A stretch of 17,582 nt of DNA from NCBI GenBank assembly GCA_019057635.1, contig DXJL01000053.1:1-17582 (forward strand), written 5' to 3'. Shown piece after piece: positions 9,237-17,512 of the stretch. How positions within the stretch are numbered: the first letter of the stretch is position 1; each line of letters opens with the position of its first letter. The notes under the pieces were generated by a model, which saw only the letters and a program-made list of their open reading frames with translations, searched no databases and was not told the DNA's origin. The DNA is from Candidatus Heimdallarchaeota archaeon. GTDB taxonomy: Archaea > Asgardarchaeota > Heimdallarchaeia > Hodarchaeales > Hodarchaeaceae. The translations under genes and the position numbers were made by a program.

Positions 9237-9551
9237 ATGATTGTAAGAATGTGGCATGGAAGAACACCTAAAGAAAAAGCGGGTACTTATATGGAATTCT
9301 TAAAGTCAAAAGCGATTCCTGACTACCAATCAGTCGAAGGAAATCTAGGTCTTACCTTTTTAAAACGCGATGAAAAGGAGATCACTCATTTTTTGTTAAT
9401 AACCTATTGGAACTCGTTCGAATCCATTAAAAAGTTTGCAGGGTCAGATCCTGAAGTGGCCAAATATTATGAGGAAGATGAGGAATTTTTGTTGGAAAAA
9501 GAACCAACCGTTATTCATTATGAGGTCTTCTTTAATACAGCTCGAGATTGA
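9237..9551 (+). CDS. Antibiotic biosynthesis monooxygenase (ABM)-like dimeric alpha/beta barrel protein
   Basis: MIVRMWHGRT...GNLG...FLLITYWNSFESIKKFAG...AKYY.ED..FLLE.EPTVIHYEV pattern; GGAGA upstream. Confidence 0.8.
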   Translation: MIVRMWHGRTPKEKAGTYMEFLKSKAIPDYQSVEGNLGLTFLKRDEKEITHFLLITYWNSFESIKKFAGSDPEVAKYYEEDEEFLLEKEPTVIHYEVFFNTARD

Positions 9552-9579
9552 TTATTGTAAAATAGCTAGCTAGAATAAT

Positions 9580-10440
9580 TCATGAGACAATCAATTTCTC
9601 CCGTAATTGGTCATTGGGTCTTGGATAATGCCCCACACCTCGGAATTTCTCTGTATAAATGGCTTTTTCAGGACAATGATTGTAGCAATACCAACAACCA
9701 TAACATTTCGTCATATCAAATTGAGGTTTGGGATTTAAAGTTATAGCGTCATATGGACAACCCTTTGCACATCGGCCACATTCTTTGCATAAGGTTTCAT
9801 CAACAAACTTTTCACCCATATCTTTTCGTGCCCTTGTGGACGAATGCATCAGATTTCCAATTGTAAACCCAATTAATGTATTGAATAATCCAGTATTTAT
9901 GCTTCTTTTTCTAATTTCTCCTCCATTTCTGAAATAGTTATTGAGATCTTCACTTAGATCCGAAATAAAATTATCAAATCTTTCCATATGCTTTTCTTTG
10001 GGATTATTTACATCACCTATACCTCTAACGTTAGCAGGTGGATAACTTTCAGGGGTAAGCAGTGCAAATCCTGTTATTACTTTGAATCCTCTCTTTCTAA
10101 CCCGTTTTGATAAATGTCGGAGGGCGTTTCCGAACATACCCGATCCATGTGTTATCAAGATAAAAGCCATTTTTTCCTTTTGAATTGGGAGCTTATTGAT
10201 AAAATCCTTGAATAGAAAGGGTTGTCCAAAAAAATCAGTAAAAGTGGCAAATCCAATGAAGTCATACAAATCCAGGTCTGGAATTTCATTAATCTTTACG
10301 ATATTGCATAATTCGAGTTGAATATTGTGAACATTCTGAGAAATATACTCACATGCCAGCTTGGTGTTTCCTGAGCCTGAATAATAGAATATGAGCCCCT
10401 TTTTTGAGACTGTCTCTTTTAATATGTGATTTGAATCCAT
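9580..10440 (-). CDS. EFR1-type flavodoxin + 2[4Fe-4S] ferredoxin fusion
   Basis: Flavodoxin loop YYSGSGNTK; CKECGRCAKGCP and CYGCWYCYNHCP; ATG 10440 behind GGTGAG. Confidence 0.88.
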   Translation of the reverse strand: MDSNHILKETVSKKGLIFYYSGSGNTKLACEYISQNVHNIQLELCNIVKINEIPDLDLYDFIGFATFTDFFGQPFLFKDFINKLPIQKEKMAFILITHGSGMFGNALRHLSKRVRKRGFKVITGFALLTPESYPPANVRGIGDVNNPKEKHMERFDNFISDLSEDLNNYFRNGGEIRKRSINTGLFNTLIGFTIGNLMHSSTRARKDMGEKFVDETLCKECGRCAKGCPYDAITLNPKPQFDMTKCYGCWYCYNHCPEKAIYTEKFRGVGHYPRPNDQLREKLIVS

Positions 10441-10566
10441 CAATTCTCACCTTGGAAATATTTAAATATAAACAATTATGAAGTTGTAAATAATAAAAGG
10501 ATTCTCCAACTAAAAACCACGAAGAAAAGTTGCAAATCCTTTCCTTTCTCAATTGGAAGTCTGATT

Positions 10567-11370
10567 ATGAAAGCACTTGAAGAGCTTGGATTAACGAGTT
10601 ATGAAGCAAAAACATATCACACACTATTGTCTGTTGGAATAAGTGATGCAAAAGAGATATCAACAAAATCAGGAGTACCTTGGGGAAGAATTTATGATGT
10701 TTTAAGTGCTTTGGAAGGAAAAGGACTAGTTGAATCTCAGTCGTCTAGACCAAAACAATTCAACCCTGTTGAACCACGTATTGCCTTAGAAACGTTACTA
10801 AAACTAAAGAGTAGGGAAATAGAATTATTGAAAGACTCAGCAGCAAAAATTGAATCAGAATTAAACACTATTTACCAGATACCTGAAGAAGAAAGTATGT
10901 TTTGGAACGTTACATTAGGTCACGAAATGGAAAGAAAGATACTAGAAAAAATGGTCGATGCTAAAGAAGAAGTAATTGTCTTTAACGAACTTAAAAAGTT
11001 CAATATGCCTTCAGAAGATGAGATAACTAAGTTAAAAGAGTTTTTTCAGCATTTACTTTCTAAAAATGTCAAAATCCGTATTTTATTTGCCCTCAAAGAA
11101 ATGGAACTCCCTGAAGACTTCACGTTATACCTAGCATCTTTCGTAGGTCTCCAAGGGAAAGTTAATATTAGAGTTACATCTCAGATTACTAATTGTTTCG
11201 ATATTATCGATGGTGAAAAAGTTTTTCTTAAAGTTCCAAATCCGATTAACCCCTCGGAGTATTTCGCTGCAATCTATGTATGGCAAAAGCGTTTTGCTGT
11301 GGAATTAAGAACTAGATTCAACGAACTATGGAAGAATGCCAAAGATGTGCGAATAGGTATAGAAAACTGA
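10567..11370 (+). CDS. TrmB-family transcriptional regulator
   Basis: LGLTSYEAKTYHTLL...SGVPWGRIYDVLSALEGKGLV...SRPKQF wHTH plus C-terminal effector domain (IIDGEKVF...FNELW). Confidence 0.92.
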   Translation: MKALEELGLTSYEAKTYHTLLSVGISDAKEISTKSGVPWGRIYDVLSALEGKGLVESQSSRPKQFNPVEPRIALETLLKLKSREIELLKDSAAKIESELNTIYQIPEEESMFWNVTLGHEMERKILEKMVDAKEEVIVFNELKKFNMPSEDEITKLKEFFQHLLSKNVKIRILFALKEMELPEDFTLYLASFVGLQGKVNIRVTSQITNCFDIIDGEKVFLKVPNPINPSEYFAAIYVWQKRFAVELRTRFNELWKNAKDVRIGIEN

Positions 11371-11422
11371 TTCTGGTATCAATTAATACACAACATCTCA
11401 CTTTGATATATACGGCCAAAAT

Positions 11423-11779
11423 TTACTCTGGATTAGTTAAACGCTGTTGGACTATTACGGAATTGGCGTAAGCTTCCAAACTTCTCATTCTTTTCTCAAT
11501 TGGTTGATTTTCATCTAAAAAGTAGTTGAGGCTCATTTGAGAGAATCTTCCACCTAATTTCTCAACCAATGTAATGCGTTTTGTTTTAGTTACTCGTATT
11601 TTTGGCTGGTTTTGGATAAAAACTATCAGATCTAGCCAATTTTCTGCGGCCTTTGGACTTATATTTGCATCTGTTAATTTTGTTTTAGCAAATGGTTCAT
11701 CCATATAATTGATTATCTTAAAAATCGCCATTGCACGTGCTAACATAGATCGAGAAGTTCTTCGTTGAGGATTACTCAT
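11423..11779 (-). CDS. 118-aa basic protein, putative winged-helix-like domain plus one HEAT-like helix pair
   Basis: ATG ORF divergent from the 11881 operon. Coding status is supported by a decayed paralogue at 16907-17110 and a distant copy inside the 658-aa protein. The fold assignment is inference. Confidence 0.75.
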   Translation of the reverse strand: MSNPQRRTSRSMLARAMAIFKIINYMDEPFAKTKLTDANISPKAAENWLDLIVFIQNQPKIRVTKTKRITLVEKLGGRFSQMSLNYFLDENQPIEKRMRSLEAYANSVIVQQRLTNPE

Positions 11780-11880
11780 TAGTACATTAATATACTATAT
11801 CCTCATATAAATGTATTCTTTTTATAGGATGATGGTAATGATTACTAATGTATTATTTTTTATCATTATAAGGGATTCAC
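11780..11880. promoter_or_regulatory. Divergent promoter region with candidate TATA boxes
   Basis: 101-nt AT-rich spacer; minus-strand TTTATAT (11812-11806) about 27 nt upstream of ATG 11779; plus-strand TTTATA at 11821-11826; short palindrome GTAAT-G-ATTAC at 11835-11845. Confidence 0.4.
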
Positions 11881-13857
11881 ATGTCTCAAATGGATCAGAT
11901 GTTTCAGTATTTCATTATGTTAACCTCTAAAGAATTAGAAAGATCTTTTGACCCTGAAGAAGCCAAAGAAGTTCTTTCTTCGTTTTCTCAACGCTTTAGT
12001 GAACTTCAAGAAAAATTGAAGTTAGAAGAGAATTTCAATGAAACACAACTTTTTCATGGAATCGATCCAGCTTTTGTAATGGCTCTGGAGGAAGCTCTCC
12101 CTGGCAAACATGGCCAGAAAGATATAACAATAATTACAAGGTTAGTTCTCGCTATTTATAAGACAATGCTAGAAGAAATTGTTTTAGAACCTCAGAGACG
12201 ATACATGGCTTCTTCTAAAGATCCTTGGGCCACATTTGTGGAAGATACCCGAAAAGGTAATCAGAAAATATACGATAACGAATATTTTCAACTTAAAGAG
12301 GTTTCCGCAACCGAGGAAGAGTTTGCTTTTGATATCAACCGATGTCTTTACCAAGAGGTCTTCCAACACTTCGGACGGAAAGATCTAGGTCCCATTATGT
12401 GTGAATATGATTCTCTTATCGCTAACAATATTGCTAAGTGGGTAGGATTTGAGCGGGAAGAAACGATAGCAGCTGGATGCAATAGGTGTACGTTCAGATA
12501 TTATAATATTAAGCAAAAATTTTCTGACAATCCTGTCATTGACAACATTTACTCCTTTCTCAAAATCATTGATGACTCCGATGAGATGTTAACAAGATAC
12601 GAAATGAGTGAGAAGGGAATTGATGAATATACTAATCTTGAAGACATGATTAAACTCTATGAATTAATAAAAAACCATTCAGGTATCAGGACTTCAACTG
12701 TAAACAAAGAACTTGTGATAGGGAATGTAAGTAGCTATAAAAGGCATGAAGAATGGAAATTACTCTTCAACCGAAAGATTTCCAAGGACGAAAGATCTAA
12801 AATTATCAGAAATTTGCCCCTTATTCTCAGAGAGGAGAAAATTAATCGATTAATTACCGATATTCTCGAAAACCCCTATGAACTTGCCTCCATTAAGTGG
12901 CTCTGCCTCAACTATTTACAACATCACTTCTCATCCCGAGTTGGCTTTGAAGCCGAAAGTGTAGATGAATTTCAGGTGAACGCAGGGTTATTGGAGGAAT
13001 TTCGTCGAAATCACCCTGAAATCTCTTTTGAAGCCCGATCTATGGATGATTCAAAGATCTCCATCCAAGCTTATGGAAAAGGGATTCCAGAGTATAAACT
13101 AAAGGAGCCCATTCAACTTTTACGGAGGAAATTAGTCAAAGATTTTCCTGATGCAGGTATTTCACCAATCAAACCCATTTTATCTGTCGATCCTGTGGCA
13201 ATGAAGTTTTTTGATATTTTTGAGGATTTACAACAAAGCTTCCAACTGCGTGAGCTAGCGCTTAGAATACTCATTAGTCGAGTTGGGAGTAAATTCGAAC
13301 CTTTCCTCAACACCGTGGCTGAGAATAAAAATGATGATCAATTCCTAAGAGGAAGGGCCATAGACTCTCTTTCGTGGTTCACAGGCACTTTACCTCAATT
13401 GTATACTACAACTGAAGATTTTATTAGTTTACCCAATCCTGTGAAACGATCAATCGTCGATTTTGTTGCACGACAGGGTACAGAGGAAGACTTATTGCTT
13501 ACTATAGCCAATAATAGAACTATTACTACTATCATTCGAGTTATAGCTATACGAAATTTACGGACTTATCAAACTCCGAAAGTCACTGCAATTCTTCTAG
13601 ATCTTGCAGTTGATCAATCAAAAACGGAACGTGTCAGACAAGCCTCCCTAGAAGCTCTTGGACAGCATGATATTGGTGAAAAAGGAAAGATTCTCCTATT
13701 CGGAATTTTTACAAATCCAAAGGAGACTACGTTCATACGAATGGAGGCTTATGAAACTCTTAAGGAACTAAACTTTAAATCCAAAGAAGAAAGAGTACAA
13801 CTAGATAAGTCTGATTGGATTACTACACTTGGATTGAGACAAATTATGGAGGGCTGA
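11881..13857 (+). CDS. Multidomain protein: ATC-hydrolase/V4R-like Cys domain + copy of the 118-aa neighbour's domain + HEAT-like repeats
   Basis: FDINRCLYQEVFQHFGRKDLGPIMCEYD...FEREETIAAGCNRCTFRY fits the L-2-amino-thiazoline-4-carboxylate hydrolase-like family; repeated motifs such as FEDLQQSFQLRELALRIL, AENKNDDQFLRGRAIDSL, ANNRTITTIIRVIAIRNL, AVDQSKTERVRQASLEAL, FTNPKETTFIRMEAYETL. Confidence 0.8.
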   Translation: MSQMDQMFQYFIMLTSKELERSFDPEEAKEVLSSFSQRFSELQEKLKLEENFNETQLFHGIDPAFVMALEEALPGKHGQKDITIITRLVLAIYKTMLEEIVLEPQRRYMASSKDPWATFVEDTRKGNQKIYDNEYFQLKEVSATEEEFAFDINRCLYQEVFQHFGRKDLGPIMCEYDSLIANNIAKWVGFEREETIAAGCNRCTFRYYNIKQKFSDNPVIDNIYSFLKIIDDSDEMLTRYEMSEKGIDEYTNLEDMIKLYELIKNHSGIRTSTVNKELVIGNVSSYKRHEEWKLLFNRKISKDERSKIIRNLPLILREEKINRLITDILENPYELASIKWLCLNYLQHHFSSRVGFEAESVDEFQVNAGLLEEFRRNHPEISFEARSMDDSKISIQAYGKGIPEYKLKEPIQLLRRKLVKDFPDAGISPIKPILSVDPVAMKFFDIFEDLQQSFQLRELALRILISRVGSKFEPFLNTVAENKNDDQFLRGRAIDSLSWFTGTLPQLYTTTEDFISLPNPVKRSIVDFVARQGTEEDLLLTIANNRTITTIIRVIAIRNLRTYQTPKVTAILLDLAVDQSKTERVRQASLEALGQHDIGEKGKILLFGIFTNPKETTFIRMEAYETLKELNFKSKEERVQLDKSDWITTLGLRQIMEG

Positions 13858-13859
13858 GA

Positions 13860-16664
13860 ATGGATTTCGAAGGAGCACTGAAAACCTTAGAATATTATTT
13901 GACCGAGCAAAGCTTATTACAGAAGATTGATTCACTTAAAGACTTAAAGCAGATACAACAGCCAATCAGTAGTTTCTTGCTTACACAACAGGGGGATCTA
14001 TTCTATATTCCTGAGGAATTAATGTTTAAAAAAAGTATATCGTTCCTGAATGATGATTGGGTAGATTATGAGTCAATGGCCGAGGAACGAAAGTTGATTA
14101 AGGATCTGATCAAAGGAAAAGATCCGAGTATGATCAAAAATCGGAATAATGAACATCATACCATTAAATCGTCCATGGACCTCTACAAGAACTTAGTCAA
14201 AGGAAAGATGATAAAATCAGGATATTGGGATCTCTTCTCAAATACTAAAGAAATTAAACTTGAAGACAATATCCTTATACTGAAAAAGATGTCAAGAACA
14301 TCCGATTTTGACGAACTCTTATTGATTAAGGGGCCTATGAATAATAAACACATAAAACTACCTGATTTCTTTGATTCAATTGAAAATGTATCAGAATTTA
14401 CCTATCAAACCACCTCACACACTCTTCCTCCAAGAATGGACAATTTCCTCCCTTATCGAGAGTTACAAAAGGCCAACACACTCACTTGGGATATGAATCA
14501 AGTAAAAACGTATTTAGGATCAATTTGGAACGAAAGAACCACACTCACGGTTATGTCGCGCTTAAATCTCTTGTTTGAAAGTGTTGTACTCTTAGCAGAG
14601 AAAAATAAGGTCTTTAATAAGTTTCTACAAATTGATAAAGAGCAAAAAACAATGGTAGGCATCCCAAGCAATTTTATAATTGGAGTATGCGGAGGTTATG
14701 CCAGAGGAGAGTATTCTGACTATTCAGATTTGGATATGCTTTTGATTCACGAAGGAAACGATCAACAATTCTTCCAGGTGGGTGAAGCTCTTGATCAAGT
14801 ATTACAACATGTTCCTAATCTGGAATTATGTAAATTAGAGAACCCTGTCAATCTTAATTTTCACGAAAATTCCATCCCTAATATTTTACAGGCTTTTTTG
14901 AGCGGAGATGAACATTTCTTAGAACCTAATCAGAGAAAGGAACTCGATAAAATGTTAAGTTCTATCGAAACACTCCGTAAGATCCCCGTATCTTCTGAAG
15001 AACGGAGAAATGGTGTTAGAAAGTATTGTTGGTCTATCTACAAATCCATAGTCAATTTGGTTCCTATTTACGAAAAGCCCATTGGAAAGGGGCAGTTTTT
15101 ACGAAATGAAATTACCCGTTCGACCAAGAATGCAATTCACGATATTATTCCTATTTTACTCCGCACTACCGAATCCCTCAAAGATGAGAACAATGCATTG
15201 GGTGAGAATCTGCGGATTTGTCAACCTTTTCTTTACGACTCCATTTACAAAACTTATTCTGTTATCACTGCACTACAGGATCTTGGTACAATCCTGGCTA
15301 TACTTAATGAAATAAATTTCACTTCTTCCACAATTGACAGGTTAAAAATAGCCATAGAAAGAAATATAATATCTGAAGAACAGGGTATGAAGCTAATTCA
15401 CGGATATACTAGTTTCTCGGGTACCAAGTACAAGTTAACTAAAGAGTTGCCCATTAAAGCCGTGGAAATTATAAATGAAGAACTGAAGAGCATCATAAAG
15501 GAAGTTTACAGCAATATTCTTCAAAATATAGAACAAGTAGAATCAGTTGAAGTTAAAACTACAATCGCTTATCCACTTCTAGTCTTTTCCGATCTTCATT
15601 GGGGGCTTAACAATAAATTAGCTCAAAGATGCTTAGCAGAAATAAAGAATGCTTGTGAAGAACATAATGTTCGATCTATCTTGATTGCTGGAGATGTTTT
15701 CAATATTGACCGTGTTAATGAGCTTTCGAAAACTGATAAAGAAGGCATTTCACTCCTCAATGAACTATCTCAAATCCAGGATTCTCTCGGAGATCAAAGA
15801 ATTCATATTATTTCTGGTAACCACGACCCATACAGTTTTTATGACCAATTCCGTGTTAAATTAGAGCGGAACTTAGATATTCATTTCCTTGGTGATTCCT
15901 ATAAAGACGAAAATGTCTGGATTGAACATGGAGACCAGGACTTCTGGAAAAATTTTATACCACCCCTCGATCAGTATATCTCAAGATTCAGAGCTAAGAA
16001 TGATTTACTCTCTCAAAAAATTATTGTGGGACATAATCACCACATCCATGAGGAAGTAGAAGCAGGATTTTACGCTAATGGCTCAATGGGAAAAGCGTTT
16101 TCTGCCCTATTGGTTAGGGAAGACTCACTTGAGTTATTACGGTTACCAATAATTTATACCATTGATTTTGATAAGATCAATGTTGAGCACTTGGGAATAA
16201 CAAATGCCGAAGATTCAATCAATGAATTTGTTCAAGAAAACTTTAAATTGATTGAATGGAATCAATATTGTTCTAATATAGAAATAAATGTTACTGAGAA
16301 AGAGACCTGGATTATTACACAAGATGGATCTCCATCTGGTTTCATTCCTTTCAACATGGTTGAAAAGACAAGTAAATTAAAGAATATTCAAGTTTATGAA
16401 GTAGCCTTTCCAATAAATTACACCTTTAAGGTCGGTCAAACCCTGAAAGAAGCATGGGGAATCTTTTCCATCACTGGAGAGTCAATCCTTCCTGTAATGG
16501 ATGAGAATCAGCAGATTGTGGGAACCCTATCTATCTTCAGTGTACCCAAACCAGAAAAAGAACATGCTAAAACAAAAACAGCAGAAATCGATGAGGAATT
16601 GGAAAGTGTTGGAAACTTCCTAACGGATAAACTATTTGAAAAACAGAAAAAGATGAAAGAATAA
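13860..16664 (+). CDS. Nucleotidyltransferase (GlnD/GlnE/DUF294-type) + calcineurin-like metallophosphoesterase + CBS fusion protein
   Basis: GGYARGEYSDYSDLD (14691-14735); helical STIDRL...IISEEQGMKLIHGY (15327-15407); phosphoesterase motifs DLH, GD, GNHD, HGD, GHNH (15591-16040); CBS-like TLKEAWGIF...LPVMDENQQIVGTLS. Start placed at ATG 13860 behind GGAGGG, 2 nt after the upstream stop. Confidence 0.88.
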   Translation: MDFEGALKTLEYYLTEQSLLQKIDSLKDLKQIQQPISSFLLTQQGDLFYIPEELMFKKSISFLNDDWVDYESMAEERKLIKDLIKGKDPSMIKNRNNEHHTIKSSMDLYKNLVKGKMIKSGYWDLFSNTKEIKLEDNILILKKMSRTSDFDELLLIKGPMNNKHIKLPDFFDSIENVSEFTYQTTSHTLPPRMDNFLPYRELQKANTLTWDMNQVKTYLGSIWNERTTLTVMSRLNLLFESVVLLAEKNKVFNKFLQIDKEQKTMVGIPSNFIIGVCGGYARGEYSDYSDLDMLLIHEGNDQQFFQVGEALDQVLQHVPNLELCKLENPVNLNFHENSIPNILQAFLSGDEHFLEPNQRKELDKMLSSIETLRKIPVSSEERRNGVRKYCWSIYKSIVNLVPIYEKPIGKGQFLRNEITRSTKNAIHDIIPILLRTTESLKDENNALGENLRICQPFLYDSIYKTYSVITALQDLGTILAILNEINFTSSTIDRLKIAIERNIISEEQGMKLIHGYTSFSGTKYKLTKELPIKAVEIINEELKSIIKEVYSNILQNIEQVESVEVKTTIAYPLLVFSDLHWGLNNKLAQRCLAEIKNACEEHNVRSILIAGDVFNIDRVNELSKTDKEGISLLNELSQIQDSLGDQRIHIISGNHDPYSFYDQFRVKLERNLDIHFLGDSYKDENVWIEHGDQDFWKNFIPPLDQYISRFRAKNDLLSQKIIVGHNHHIHEEVEAGFYANGSMGKAFSALLVREDSLELLRLPIIYTIDFDKINVEHLGITNAEDSINEFVQENFKLIEWNQYCSNIEINVTEKETWIITQDGSPSGFIPFNMVEKTSKLKNIQVYEVAFPINYTFKVGQTLKEAWGIFSITGESILPVMDENQQIVGTLSIFSVPKPEKEHAKTKTAEIDEELESVGNFLTDKLFEKQKKMKE

Positions 16665-16906
16665 ATTTGTAATCAATTCAATCATAAAAAACTACTTTGG
16701 TTCTGAAACTGTGATATTCAGGCAAATCTATTTTTTTGGTTGTGGACTAAATGACGGATTTCACCAAGGAACTGGTTAATTAATAAGATCCTTAGATTAG
16801 ATCAACATCTTAATTCTTTTAATTGAAAAGTTACAGGAACAGGAAAGAAAAAAAGGTAAGGTTGAGCTAATCATTAACTCAAAGATACTCTTTTACCATA
16901 TCGGGA

Positions 16907-17110
16907 ATCGTTTTTATCCAAAGTCAACCACGCATTTGATTGGTTAAGACGTCTAGAACTACACAGGTTGAAAAGCTAAAGAAAAAATTCATTCAAATGA
17001 GCTTGAAATACTTCTTGGATGAAACTCAACCCCTTGAAATGAGATTAAGAAGTTTAGGCGCTTATGCTGACTCAATCATCGTCCATGAACGGTTACTTAA
17101 AGCAGATTAG
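16907..17110 (+). pseudogene. Disrupted paralogue of the 118-aa protein at 11423-11779
   Basis: IVFIQSQPRI*LVKTSRTTQVEKLKKKFIQMSLKYFLDETQPLEMRLRSLGAYADSIIVHERLLKAD* aligns without gaps to the last 67 aa of the 118-aa protein (41/67 identical, hand count); TGA at 16937-16939 replaces Arg; no intact N-terminus in frame. Confidence 0.88.
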
Positions 17111-17512
17111 CTTTCACAATATATCTTGTTAGGGCTACTTGCTGAAATACTCTTCTTTTTACTAGATGATTTCTCTAACTAACAAACCATAAGTAAAAGC
17201 TGGACTTTAATGAGGACATTTTGTAATCATCATGCCCTAACCATATATTTGTAAAGGCTTCCTCTGGTATAATACAAGATGTATCCTGTATGGATTCCGT
17301 AATGTTTCAGTCTGATAATAGTATTTCCTTGTTAATGTTGAAAATCTTGGAAGGTTTCAAAGTACTATCATTTATGTATTGTGCTATCTTTTTAATAAAG
17401 CACTGTAGCTATTTAAATGCGTTTGTTATACACCTAATACATAGACAAGAGAGGAGTTAAAATAGAAAAAACTCTATCCTCTAATATTCTTTAAAAGAAG
17501 GAGAAGATAATA

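Noticed and set aside
14080-14230. Possible fourth copy of the small-protein domain in the N-terminus of the fusion protein (TIKSSMDLYKNLVKGKMIK)
   Set aside because: Similarity too weak to support by eye; needs a profile comparison.
14691-14735. Calling the large fusion protein glnD, glnE or a CBASS cyclase
   Set aside because: No HD or ACT domains (GlnD), only one NT domain (GlnE has two), and the motif and helical domain fit GlnD/DUF294 better than CD-NTases; no Cap effector genes recognised.
9728-15315. Short ORFs 9728-9937, 10349-10552, 12184-12369, 13113-13313, 15082-15315
   Set aside because: Overlap supported genes and show no independent evidence of coding.
16937-16939. In-frame TGA as selenocysteine or recoding
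   Set aside because: It aligns to Arg in the paralogue (simple CGA to TGA change), the N-terminus is also missing, and TGA serves as a normal stop elsewhere in the window.
17175-17405. Minus-strand semi-open frame with one internal stop
   Set aside because: No start codon with RBS and no recognisable motif.
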